Part shown: positions 50,381 through 59,388 of the stretch, piece by piece
Position numbering within the stretch: position 1 is the stretch's first letter
Layout: each line of letters starts with the position of its first letter
Assembly: GCA_049324495.1 (NCBI GenBank)
Contig: JBMOOP010000110.1
Span: 26,027-90,026, forward strand
Length of the DNA: 64,000 bases
Source of the DNA: Pseudomonadota bacterium
GTDB lineage: Bacteria > Pseudomonadota > Gammaproteobacteria > Pseudomonadales > JADFDG01
Direction of reading: 5' to 3'
The notes under the pieces: model-generated
The model's database searches: none
What the model was told of the DNA's origin: nothing
What the model saw: only the letters and a program-made list of their open reading frames with translations
Made by a program: the position numbers and the translations under genes

Positions 50381-51250
50381 ATGGCCCCACCACCTTCCGC
50401 CCGCCCATCACCGGCAGGCGTCAACCCGCACGCGCAACAACCCACCTCGCTGGTGGCCTTGGCAGGCAGCCTGTGGCGCAATCGCCGGCTCATTGCACAG
50501 ATGACCCGGCGCGAAGTGGTGGGGCGCTACAAGGGTTCGGTGATGGGTCTGGCCTGGTCGTTCTTCAACCCGGTATTCATGCTGGCGGTGTACACCTTTG
50601 TTTTTTCCGTCGTCTTCAAGTCGCGCTGGGGCGTTGATGGCGATGAGAGCAAGATGCAGTTCGCTGTCGTGCTGTTTGTCGGCATGATCGTGCACGGTTT
50701 TTTTGCCGAAGTGCTCAACAGGGCACCAGGCCTGGTTCTATCCAACGTCAACTACGTCAAGAAAGTCGTGTTCCCGTTAGAGATACTGCCGGTCATTGCC
50801 ATGGGCGCGGCCTTGTTCCACAGCCTGATCAGTCTTGGCGTGTTGCTGTTCGCCTTTGTGATATTCAACGGTTACGTTCCCTGGACGGTGGTCTTGACGC
50901 CGCTGGTGCTGCTGCCGCTGGTCATCCTCACCCTGGGTTTCGCCTGGATGCTCGCCTCCCTCGGTGTATTTTTGCGCGATGTCGGCCAGACCATCGGCAT
51001 CATCACCATGGTCATGATGTTTCTGGCGCCGGTTTTTTACCCGGTTACGGCGCTGTCGGAAGAATTCCGGCCCTGGATCATGGCCAATCCGCTGACCTTC
51101 ATCATCGAGCAGGCCCGCGAGGTGCTGATCTGGGGGCGTATGCCGAACTGGTTGGGTTTGGGCGCCTATCTGGCGATGGCGATGGCGATGGCGTGGGCGG
51201 GTTACGCCTGGTTCCAGAAAACCAGGAAAGGGTTTGCCGATGTCCTCTGA
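50381..51250 (+). CDS. wzm: ABC-2 type polysaccharide/O-antigen exporter permease (Wzm)
   Basis: It has the signature LWRNRRLIAQMTRREVVGRYKGSVMGLAWSFFNP followed by six hydrophobic segments. Confidence 0.85.
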   Translation: MAPPPSARPSPAGVNPHAQQPTSLVALAGSLWRNRRLIAQMTRREVVGRYKGSVMGLAWSFFNPVFMLAVYTFVFSVVFKSRWGVDGDESKMQFAVVLFVGMIVHGFFAEVLNRAPGLVLSNVNYVKKVVFPLEILPVIAMGAALFHSLISLGVLLFAFVIFNGYVPWTVVLTPLVLLPLVILTLGFAWMLASLGVFLRDVGQTIGIITMVMMFLAPVFYPVTALSEEFRPWIMANPLTFIIEQAREVLIWGRMPNWLGLGAYLAMAMAMAWAGYAWFQKTRKGFADVL

Positions 51251-52604
51251 TGCGATTTTTTCTGATGAAATTGCGATTCGCGTGCAAGGTCTGAGCAAGT
51301 GCTACCAGATCTACGAAACGCCGAGCGACCGGCTCAAGCAGTTTGTTGCGCCGCGATTGCAGCGCCTGGTCGGGCGGCCTGCCGGGCAGTATTTCCGTGA
51401 ATTCTGGGCGCTCAAGGATGTTTCGTTTGAGGTCAGGAAAGGCGAGACGGTCGGCATTATCGGGCGCAACGGCTCGGGCAAATCGACCTTGCTGCAAATC
51501 ATTTGCGGCACGCTCTCGCCCACCAGCGGCAGCGTGGAAACCTTTGGTCGGATTGCCGCCTTGCTGGAGTTAGGTTCCGGCTTTAATCCCGAATTCACGG
51601 GGCGTGAGAACGTCTACCTGAATGCCGCTGTATTGGGGCTCAGCAAGGAAGAAGTTGACGCGCGGTTCGATGCTATCGCGGCCTTTGCCGATATCGGCGA
51701 GTTCATCGAGCAGCCGGTAAAAACCTATTCGAGCGGGATGTTTGTGCGACTCGCTTTTGCAATCCAGGCGAATGTCGATCCGGAAATATTGATCGTCGAT
51801 GAGGCGTTGGCTGTTGGCGATGCCTACTTTGTGCATCGGTGCATGGCTCGTTTCCACGAGCTTCAGGAAAAGGGCACGACCATCGTGTTCGTCAGCCACG
51901 ACGCCAGCGCTGTAAAGCGCCTGTGCGCCAGGGCGCTGTGGTTCAAGAATGGGCACTTGATCCTGGACGGGAATGCGACGGTTGTTGTCGATGCATATCT
52001 CCAGGACTTGTTCGGCCTGGACGACAAGAAAACAAGCGGTACGGCTGTGGTGCTTTCCGAGGAAAAAATATCTGGGGGAAATAACGTCAGTCTGAAGCTG
52101 GCTTTGCCGCCAGGCGACGGCCGCCTTGGCGCGGGGGCGCTGGAAATCACCGGCATGCTGCTGTCTGACGCGCGTGGATTACCAGCTGGCACGGTCGGCT
52201 GGAATGAGGTTGTTTGCCTGCTGCTGGAAATACAGAACAAGGACGTGCCACCCGGCCAGGCCATCAGCACCGGTTACATCGTGCGAGACGGCAAGGGCAT
52301 CGAAATCGCCAGCGCGAATACGCGCTGGCAGGACGTCGAGGTTTTTGCGCCGGCGCGGGGCGGGTTTGTTCGCGTGTTGATCGAAGTGACAATCCCGATG
52401 CTGCATCCGGGTCATTACTCGCTGACGCCCAGTGTTTCCTCGATTGCCGGGGATCAGAAACAGGTTGTTCAGGATCGCATCCTGAATGCGCTTATTTTTG
52501 AAGTGACGACCAGCGAGGAAATCGTGACGCCCATTCGGTTTGCAACCAAATACTCTGTGTTGCCTTCGGGGCGACCGGCACCAGGTTCGGAGGAAATCGG
52601 CTGA
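51240..52604 (+). CDS. wzt: polysaccharide/O-antigen ABC exporter ATP-binding protein (Wzt) with C-terminal beta-rich extension
   Basis: It has Walker A GRNGSGKST, the signature YSSGM, and Walker B ILIVDE. A ~170-aa C-terminal extension resembles the Wzt carbohydrate-binding domain. I prefer ATG 51240 over TTG 51234. Confidence 0.88.
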   Translation: MSSDAIFSDEIAIRVQGLSKCYQIYETPSDRLKQFVAPRLQRLVGRPAGQYFREFWALKDVSFEVRKGETVGIIGRNGSGKSTLLQIICGTLSPTSGSVETFGRIAALLELGSGFNPEFTGRENVYLNAAVLGLSKEEVDARFDAIAAFADIGEFIEQPVKTYSSGMFVRLAFAIQANVDPEILIVDEALAVGDAYFVHRCMARFHELQEKGTTIVFVSHDASAVKRLCARALWFKNGHLILDGNATVVVDAYLQDLFGLDDKKTSGTAVVLSEEKISGGNNVSLKLALPPGDGRLGAGALEITGMLLSDARGLPAGTVGWNEVVCLLLEIQNKDVPPGQAISTGYIVRDGKGIEIASANTRWQDVEVFAPARGGFVRVLIEVTIPMLHPGHYSLTPSVSSIAGDQKQVVQDRILNALIFEVTTSEEIVTPIRFATKYSVLPSGRPAPGSEEIG

Positions 52605-53425
52605 TGGATCGTTTCTTTATCTCCGGCTGCCAGCGATCGGGGACGACCATGCTGCGGTTGGTGCTTGAGTCGCATCCCGCGGTGCTGTGTGTCGACGAGG
52701 CGGTTGGTTACGACATCCTCGTCCGCGAATCAAAAGGCGAGCGTTGCGAGATTCCCGCCAAGGCGGGTGCGACGCTTCTCGGGTTCAAGATTCCGCGCTT
52801 CACGGAACAGTTGCTGTGGAAGGAGTTTGTCGATCTGGACTATGGCGCATTTCCGTCTTTCTACAAGGACGAAAAAGTCATTCATATTGTCAGGGATGCG
52901 CTGGACGTGATCGGATCGATGATGAAATTGAAGACCGAGGGCGGCGCGTCGTGGCTCGACCGATACGGCCGCAGCATTCTTCAGGCCCTGGTCAGGCACC
53001 CGAACATCAGTGCGCAATACCGGCAGGCATATGAGGATCTGGAGCACCGGGGGCTGCCGTCTCACCTGGTGGGGGCGCTTTATTGGCAGGTCAAGAACCA
53101 GGGGCTTCTTGACCTGCTTGAACACGGCAAGCCGGTCTACCCGGTCAGGTATGAATCCCTGGTTGGCTCGCCGGGGAGCGAGTTGCTGAAACTCGTTCAA
53201 TTCCTGGGCGTGAACTGGAGCGACTCGTTGCTCAATCACCCCGGAAGCCCGCATGCGGAGATCGATGAAAAGGGGCTGGCGATTGGCGAAACCGATCCGC
53301 TTCGAACCATCGATATGCAATCGATAGGCGGCCATCGTCAGGTGATGACCGAATTGCAGATCCAGGATGTCAGGCAGTACGTTGAATCTTTTTCAAAACG
53401 AATTGATTGCGCGATAACGACATGA
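52604..53425 (+). CDS. sulfotransferase-family protein
   Basis: The N-terminal FISGCQRSGTTML matches the PAPS 5'-phosphosulfate-binding loop. A later RD..D region is consistent with the 3'-phosphate-binding motif. A TGATG overlap joins it to wzt. Confidence 0.7.
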   Translation: MDRFFISGCQRSGTTMLRLVLESHPAVLCVDEAVGYDILVRESKGERCEIPAKAGATLLGFKIPRFTEQLLWKEFVDLDYGAFPSFYKDEKVIHIVRDALDVIGSMMKLKTEGGASWLDRYGRSILQALVRHPNISAQYRQAYEDLEHRGLPSHLVGALYWQVKNQGLLDLLEHGKPVYPVRYESLVGSPGSELLKLVQFLGVNWSDSLLNHPGSPHAEIDEKGLAIGETDPLRTIDMQSIGGHRQVMTELQIQDVRQYVESFSKRIDCAITT

Positions 53426-56400
53426 TCTTTGACCAATACAGTCGCTACAAAGCCTGCGCCGATTTGCTTCGGCTTGCCGGCTTTTCTCCAGGTCAGTCTG
53501 TACTCGACGCAGGCAGTGGGCCGGAGTGCCTGTTCGGGCAATTCATGCCGGATGCTGCGATGACCTATGTCGATCCGCTGATCCCGGGCGGTTCCGGATC
53601 GAACCATATCACCGGCGACGTCTTTGCCGGCCAGCTGGATGGGCAGCTTTTTGATTGCGTGTCTTCTGTCGACGTTCTGGAGCATGTGCCGCCGCAAGAT
53701 CGCAAGGCAATGTTGCAGCGCTTGTCATCGTTGAGCCGGCATACCTTGATTCTCGGCTTTCCCACGTCCGACTCTTCCCGTGCGCTGGAGACGGACAGGG
53801 CCATCGAGGATCAATACCGGGCTGTTTATGGCCGGGATTATTCGTGGCTTGAGGAGCACCACAAGTTTGGTCTCCCGTCCCTCGCGGAAACGGTGACGCA
53901 GTTAAGTGAGTTGGGATGGCATTGCCAGTCGGTTGGCCACGGCCACGCGCCCTGGCTGCAGGAACTGCTGGGCTTTGTGATTTGCGCGTGGGAAATCCCC
54001 GGGTTGAAGGATGTCGTTCTGAAGATCAGCGATCGCTTCAATCGCGAATTGTATCCCCATGACTTTTTGTCCCCGCACTACCGGCAGTTTGTCATTGCCA
54101 CGCGCAATCCGGTGCCGCGCATCGTTCCGCCTGCGGGCGCAGGAAGCCGCAGTGATGCCGAGGCTCTCTTCCGGGCACTGATGGAAGATGCGCACCACCA
54201 GTATTTCGCCGCCAGCATGCGGCAACTTGTCGATCGGGAAATCCTGGTTGTCGAGCGGAATGCCGTGCTGGCTGAGCGCGACCACGAGGTCGGCGCCCTC
54301 AACGCGAAGATTCAGGAAGTGTCTGCCTGGGGCAAGAAATTGCAGGGTGAAATGGTCGAGCGCGACCGGCAGGTGGGCGCGCTCAATGCGCAGGTCGAGA
54401 AGGTCTCCATCTGGGGCAAAACCCTGCAGGACAGGGTAGCTGAGCGTAACGCGCAGATCGATGTGCTCAACGCAAAGATTGAAGAAATATCTACCTGGTC
54501 CCAGGCCATGCAGGGCGCGCGAGACGCGGCCCTTGCCGAGAAAGACGCGGCCCTTGCCGAGAAAGACGCGGCTCTTGCCGAGAAAGACGCGGCTCTTGCC
54601 GAGAAAGACGCGGCCCTTGCCGAGAAAGACGCGGCCCTTGCCGAGAAAGACGCGGCCCTTGCCGAGAAAGACGCGGCCCTTGCAGCGAGGGATGCAGCGC
54701 TTGCCGAAACCGGGGTGGTGAGCAACGAACGCGATGACGCGCTGCGCCTGCGCAATGATTACATGCGCCTGGTCGATCTCATGCGCAGCAGCCTGTCATG
54801 GCGCCTGACCATGCCGCTGCGGTTGATTGCCAGAATTTTCCGGCACGGCCTCGTCGGCGATGACCGCCGCCGGGTTGTCGACATGTTGCGGCGCCTGTAC
54901 CACCGGGTGCCGTTGCCGGCGGCAGTGCGATACCGTGTCAGCCAACACATGCAAAGTCGCCGGCGTGGTTTTGTGTTGTCGGTTGAACCGCAGAGGGATT
55001 CGCCGCTGTCGACCATGCCCGATTCTGCAGTCAGGCTGGAGGTTCAGCAGTCGGGCCTTCCGGATTACATCTTTTGGGGCGTGATTGACTGGCATTTCCG
55101 GCACCAGCGCCCGCAGCAGTTGGCGCAGGCGCTGGCCGACAGCGGGCGTCGCGTGTTTTACGTGTCGGAATCGATGGTCGACAATGAAGCGCCGGGCTTC
55201 GATATCGAGCCGCTCGGCGATACCGGCCGGCTGTTCAGCATCAGGTTGTTCGTGAAGGGCGCGCCGGTGATTTATCACTCGGTTCCGACCGGCGACCATA
55301 TCGTGCAGTTGCGGCAAAGCGTGGGCGAATTGCTGGCCTGGGCCAACACCGGCTCGACCGTGTCGATGGTCCAGCACCCGTTCTGGCTCAACGTGGCCGC
55401 TGCGCTGCCTGACGGCCGGCTTGTATACGACTGCATGGATCACCACGAAGGCTTCGGCAACGTGCCGCCGGAAATGATTGCCATGGAGCGGGCGCTGCTC
55501 GCCAGCGCCGACCTCACCATCACGACATCTTCCTGGCTGGACCAGATCGTTGCCGGCAAGACCGCTAACCGCGCCATCATCCGCAATGCCGGCGAGTTCG
55601 AGCATTTTGCACGGGTGCCGGGCGACATCTTCCGCGATCCGAAGGGGCGGCGCGTCATCGGCTACTACGGCGCCATTGCCGAGTGGTTCGATATCGAACT
55701 GGTCGCGGCGATTGCGCAGAAATTTTCGGATTGCTGCATCCTGCTGATCGGCTCCGATACCGTGAACGCCAAGGGCGTGCTCGGCAAATATTCCAACGTC
55801 ACGTTTACCGGCGAGATTCCCTATGCGGAACTGCCGCGCTACCTGCATGCGTTTGATGTGTGCCTGCTGCCGTTCAGGGTCATCCCACTGACGCTGGCCA
55901 CCAACCCGGTGAAGGTCTACGAATACCTGAGTGCGGGAAAGCCGGTCGTGGTCGTGGATCTGCCCGAGATGGCGCAGTTCGGCGACCTGGTCGATGTTGC
56001 GCGGAATCATGACGAGTACTGCGCTGCCATTGAGCGGCACCTCGCACTAAAAGCTGCTCCGGCGGCAGTGGCAGCACGGCAGGAGTTCGGCCGCAACCAG
56101 ACTTGGGGTCACCGTGCGACGAAACTGATCGAGCATGTTGAATCGGCAGCGGGAGATCCGCCGGTCAGCGTGATCGTTGTCACGTACAACAATATCGAAT
56201 TGACCAAGGCTTGCCTCGCGAGCCTCGATGCGCATTCGCACTACGGCAACATCGAGATCATCGTCGTCGATAACGCGTCCAGCGACGGCTCACCGGAATT
56301 TCTTGCCGACTGGGTAAAGCAGGCGGGTAACCGCAAGCTGATCCTGAATACTGACAACCGGGGTTTTGCGGCGGCGAACAACCAGGGCCTGGCGATTGCA

Positions 56401-56940
56401 TCCGGTGATTATCTCGTCCTGCTGAACAATGACACCTACGTTACGCCCGGCTGGGTCAGGACGATGGTGAACCACATGCGTCGCAATACCGGCCTCGGCC
56501 TGCTGGGGCCGGTGACGAACAATATCGGCAACGAAGCGCGCATCGAGATTTCCTACGAGTCGATGGACGAGATGCTGGTTCGGTCTCGCGAACACACGCG
56601 TCGCCGGATCGGCCGGATATTCCCGCTGCGCACTGCCGCGTTTTTCTGCGTGATGATTCCCAGGAAGACGTATGAGGCCGTTGGCCCGCTCGACGAGGCG
56701 TTCGGCCGTGGCTTCTTCGAAGATGACGATTATTGTCGCCGCGTGGAGCAACTCGGATTGCAGGTCGGTTGTGCCGAAGATGTGTTCATTCACCACCACC
56801 TTTCCGCGTCGTTCAACAAGCTGAAGCAGGAAGACCGGCAGCGTCTCTTCGAAGAAAACAAGAAAATCTACGAGGCGAAGTGGGGTGCGTGGATTCCGCA
56901 TACCTATGAACGGGTCGGCGAGGGGGGGGCGCCGCCGTGA
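53422..56940 (+). CDS. multidomain polysaccharide assembly protein: SAM methyltransferase - coiled coil - GT4-like (TuaH-like) glycosyltransferase - GT2 glycosyltransferase
   Basis: An ATGA overlap start lies at 53422 (the ORF is open from 53407). MTase motif I is VLDAGSGPE (53.4-54.1 kb). A heptad-repeat coiled coil spans ~54.17-54.79 kb. The GT-B-like region spans ~55.05-56.14 kb (IGYYGAIAEWFD, NPVKVYEYLSAGKPVV). The GT-A/GT2 region spans 56.16-56.94 kb (VSVIVVTYNN, VVDNASSDGS, FFEDDDYC). Confidence 0.8.
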   Translation: MIFDQYSRYKACADLLRLAGFSPGQSVLDAGSGPECLFGQFMPDAAMTYVDPLIPGGSGSNHITGDVFAGQLDGQLFDCVSSVDVLEHVPPQDRKAMLQRLSSLSRHTLILGFPTSDSSRALETDRAIEDQYRAVYGRDYSWLEEHHKFGLPSLAETVTQLSELGWHCQSVGHGHAPWLQELLGFVICAWEIPGLKDVVLKISDRFNRELYPHDFLSPHYRQFVIATRNPVPRIVPPAGAGSRSDAEALFRALMEDAHHQYFAASMRQLVDREILVVERNAVLAERDHEVGALNAKIQEVSAWGKKLQGEMVERDRQVGALNAQVEKVSIWGKTLQDRVAERNAQIDVLNAKIEEISTWSQAMQGARDAALAEKDAALAEKDAALAEKDAALAEKDAALAEKDAALAEKDAALAEKDAALAARDAALAETGVVSNERDDALRLRNDYMRLVDLMRSSLSWRLTMPLRLIARIFRHGLVGDDRRRVVDMLRRLYHRVPLPAAVRYRVSQHMQSRRRGFVLSVEPQRDSPLSTMPDSAVRLEVQQSGLPDYIFWGVIDWHFRHQRPQQLAQALADSGRRVFYVSESMVDNEAPGFDIEPLGDTGRLFSIRLFVKGAPVIYHSVPTGDHIVQLRQSVGELLAWANTGSTVSMVQHPFWLNVAAALPDGRLVYDCMDHHEGFGNVPPEMIAMERALLASADLTITTSSWLDQIVAGKTANRAIIRNAGEFEHFARVPGDIFRDPKGRRVIGYYGAIAEWFDIELVAAIAQKFSDCCILLIGSDTVNAKGVLGKYSNVTFTGEIPYAELPRYLHAFDVCLLPFRVIPLTLATNPVKVYEYLSAGKPVVVVDLPEMAQFGDLVDVARNHDEYCAAIERHLALKAAPAAVAARQEFGRNQTWGHRATKLIEHVESAAGDPPVSVIVVTYNNIELTKACLASLDAHSHYGNIEIIVVDNASSDGSPEFLADWVKQAGNRKLILNTDNRGFAAANNQGLAIASGDYLVLLNNDTYVTPGWVRTMVNHMRRNTGLGLLGPVTNNIGNEARIEISYESMDEMLVRSREHTRRRIGRIFPLRTAAFFCVMIPRKTYEAVGPLDEAFGRGFFEDDDYCRRVEQLGLQVGCAEDVFIHHHLSASFNKLKQEDRQRLFEENKKIYEAKWGAWIPHTYERVGEGGAPP
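54517..54708 (+). repeat. in-frame 21-bp (heptad) tandem repeat tract within the coiled coil
   Basis: There are seven consecutive near-identical units GAGAAAGACGCGGC(C/T)CTTGC(C/A) at 54538-54684, encoding (EKDAALA)x7. Degenerate RDAALA units flank the tract on both sides. Confidence 0.9.
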
Positions 56941-57311
56941 GCGGCCAGCTCTTCCGGTTCTTGGCAACCGGTGCCCTCGCGACGGCGCTGCAGTATATCG
57001 TGCTCTGGTTCGGCGTCGAGATGCTCGCCTGGCAGCCAGTGCGGGCGTCGGGCGCCGGCTACCTGGCGGGTTCTGTACTGAGTTATGTACTCAACTATTT
57101 CTTCACGTTCGGAAGCGATCGCAGCCATCCCGAAACGGTCATGAAGTTCTATGTAATGGTTGCGATCGGCTGGTGCGTGAATACTGGGTCAATGGCGTTC
57201 CTGACCCAGTTCCTGCACTGGGGTGTCTGGGTTTCCCAGGTCCTCGCTACGATCATCACGCTCGTCTGGAATTTCCTGATTTCCCGTCACATTGTCTTTC
57301 GGTCGAACTGA
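56937..57311 (+). CDS. gtrA: GtrA-family membrane protein (polyprenyl-phosphate-sugar translocase candidate)
   Basis: GTGA overlap start. It is 124 aa with four TM segments and has the N-terminal FRFLATGALATALQYIVLW typical of GtrA. Confidence 0.8.
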   Translation: MSGQLFRFLATGALATALQYIVLWFGVEMLAWQPVRASGAGYLAGSVLSYVLNYFFTFGSDRSHPETVMKFYVMVAIGWCVNTGSMAFLTQFLHWGVWVSQVLATIITLVWNFLISRHIVFRSN

Positions 57312-57312
57312 T

Positions 57313-58290
57313 ATGAAAAAGCTTATCTCAGTCATTGTCCCCGCCTTCAACGAGGAGGATGTCATCGATATCTTCCACGCCAGCATGAGTGAGGTGTTCG
57401 ACAGGCTGCCGCAATATCGCTGCGAGATGATATTCGTCAACGATGGGAGTTCGGACCGTACCCGGGAGATCATCCTCGCGCTCGCGGGCCGGGATCCGCG
57501 CGTTTCGGTGATTTCCCTGTCACGCAATTTCGGCAAGGAAGCGGCGATGACGGCCGGGTTCGATCATGCGCGCGGCGATGCCGTCGCGATCTTCGACGTC
57601 GACCTGCAGGATCCGCCGGATCTACTCTTCCAGTTCGTCGAACACTGGGAGAAGGGTTATGACGTCGTCTATGCGAAGCGCACCCACCGGGACGGCGAGT
57701 CCTGGGTGAAGAAGGTCACCGCGGCGGCTTTCTACCGCGTGATACAGAAGCTCTCTCGTGTTTCCATCCCGCAGGATACCGGCGACTGCCGCCTGATGAG
57801 CCGCCGGGTCGTGCAGGAACTTATCCGGCTGCGCGAGCATCACCGCTTCATGAAGGGGCTGTTCGCGTGGGTAGGCTTTCCGTCGATCGCGGTTGAGTAC
57901 CGCCGGGATCCCCGCGTCGCCGGGGAAACCAAGTTCAACTACTGGAAGCTCTGGAACTTCGCGCTCGAGGGCATCACGTCATTCACCATCGCGCCGTTGA
58001 AAATCGCCATGTACGTGGGTTTCCTGATCGCGGCAGGCGCTTTTCTCATGGGCGGCTGGATCGTACTCAAGACGCTGCTGTGGGGTGAGGCGGTTCGTGG
58101 TTACCCGACCCTCATCGTCACCGTCCTGTGCATGGGTGGCGTCCAGCTCTTCTTCATCGGGGTGCTGGGCGAGTACTTGGGGCGGATTTTCGGTGAGACC
58201 AAGAATCGGCCGCTCTACCTGGTCGAGTGTTTCCAGCCTTCGGCCGTGAGTGCAGGTGGTCCCGTTGAGCCGGAAACGGATCGGGGTTGA
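57313..58290 (+). CDS. gtrB: polyprenyl-phosphate glycosyltransferase (GT2; GtrB/ArnC/DPM1-like)
   Basis: It has ISVIVPAFNEE, VNDGSSDRT, the FDVDLQDPP (DXD) motif, and two C-terminal TM helices. Confidence 0.85.
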   Translation: MKKLISVIVPAFNEEDVIDIFHASMSEVFDRLPQYRCEMIFVNDGSSDRTREIILALAGRDPRVSVISLSRNFGKEAAMTAGFDHARGDAVAIFDVDLQDPPDLLFQFVEHWEKGYDVVYAKRTHRDGESWVKKVTAAAFYRVIQKLSRVSIPQDTGDCRLMSRRVVQELIRLREHHRFMKGLFAWVGFPSIAVEYRRDPRVAGETKFNYWKLWNFALEGITSFTIAPLKIAMYVGFLIAAGAFLMGGWIVLKTLLWGEAVRGYPTLIVTVLCMGGVQLFFIGVLGEYLGRIFGETKNRPLYLVECFQPSAVSAGGPVEPETDRG

Positions 58291-58356
58291 ATACTGGATT
58301 GGGCGGCGACGCCTTTCGCGCCGCTGCCAACGGTGAATTGAGGATGTTTCGACGCC

Positions 58357-59388
58357 ATGAAAATGCTGGGTGATCTGTTCAGCGGCCGCGAGAACAACAT
58401 GAACCTGATGCGGCTAGTGGCCGCATTCGCGGTCATATACGGGCATGCCTCCGCCATTACGGGGCATGGTCCGGGAGATATATTCCTGCAGCTTGTTGGT
58501 TTCAAGTTCATCGGTGGCGTCGCAGTCGACGTGTTCTTTGTGTTAAGCGGCTTCCTCGTTTGTGCGAGTGCGATGAGTGTCAACGGGCTCAAGTACTACT
58601 TCGCATCGCGCCTGCTGCGCATCTACCCGGCGTTGTTTGTGTGCGTTGGCTTGTCGGTGCTGGTCATCGGGCCGCTGCTGAGTGTCTCGGATATGTACTG
58701 GTCCGATCCGCAGACCTGGCGGTACCTGTTCAACAACGCCACGGCTTTCCGCACGGAATACTTCCTGCCCGGCGTCTTTACGAGCCTGCATGACCCGGCG
58801 GTGAATGGCTCGCTCTGGTCGCTCCAGGTCGAGGTCAGGCTCTATCTGATCCTCGCGTTGGCGGCGATCCTCGGTGTGTTCCGCAACAGGGCGCTGTTCA
58901 ATTTCCTGTTCTTCGCCACACTGGTCATCGGTTACCTGAAGCCTGACGTCTTTGGCGGTTTTCTCGGTCCGGAGAACCATCGCCACGTCGCGATGATGTT
59001 TCTGATCGGGGCTTTCGCGTGGATCAACCGTGACCAGATTCCGATGAGCCCGGTGTTCATGCTGGCCTTGCTGTTCTTCGCTGCGACCTTGCACGGCACC
59101 GACAAGTTCAACTATGCCTATTCGATCCTCCTGCCCTATGCCGTGCTCTACATCGCGGTAGCTCCGGGTGGGCGCTGGTTTGATCGCTTCGGTGATTACT
59201 CGTACGGCGTGTACCTGTATGGCTGGCTTTCGCAGCAACTGGTGATGGCCGCATATCCCGACGCGAGCAATGCGGCCAACGCCTGGCTCGGCGCTCTGCT
59301 CGCCCTGGCGTTCGCGATGATGTCATGGCATTTCATCGAGAAGCCGTCCCTTGCCTACAAGAAGTTGTTTGCCCGGAAGGTCGCATGA
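58357..59388 (+). CDS. acyltransferase family 3 membrane protein (sugar O-acyltransferase)
   Basis: It has the N-terminal MRLVAAFAVIYGHA motif (catalytic His region) and about 10 TM segments, as is typical for OafA/ExoZ-type O-acetyltransferases. Confidence 0.8.
   Translation: MKMLGDLFSGRENNMNLMRLVAAFAVIYGHASAITGHGPGDIFLQLVGFKFIGGVAVDVFFVLSGFLVCASAMSVNGLKYYFASRLLRIYPALFVCVGLSVLVIGPLLSVSDMYWSDPQTWRYLFNNATAFRTEYFLPGVFTSLHDPAVNGSLWSLQVEVRLYLILALAAILGVFRNRALFNFLFFATLVIGYLKPDVFGGFLGPENHRHVAMMFLIGAFAWINRDQIPMSPVFMLALLFFAATLHGTDKFNYAYSILLPYAVLYIAVAPGGRWFDRFGDYSYGVYLYGWLSQQLVMAAYPDASNAANAWLGALLALAFAMMSWHFIEKPSLAYKKLFARKVA

Noticed and set aside
54517-54708. A regular 21-bp repeat array that could superficially be taken for a CRISPR array or a minisatellite outside genes.
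   Set aside because: The units are directly abutting, with no spacers. They are in-frame inside a long ORF and encode perfect heptads. No cas genes are nearby.
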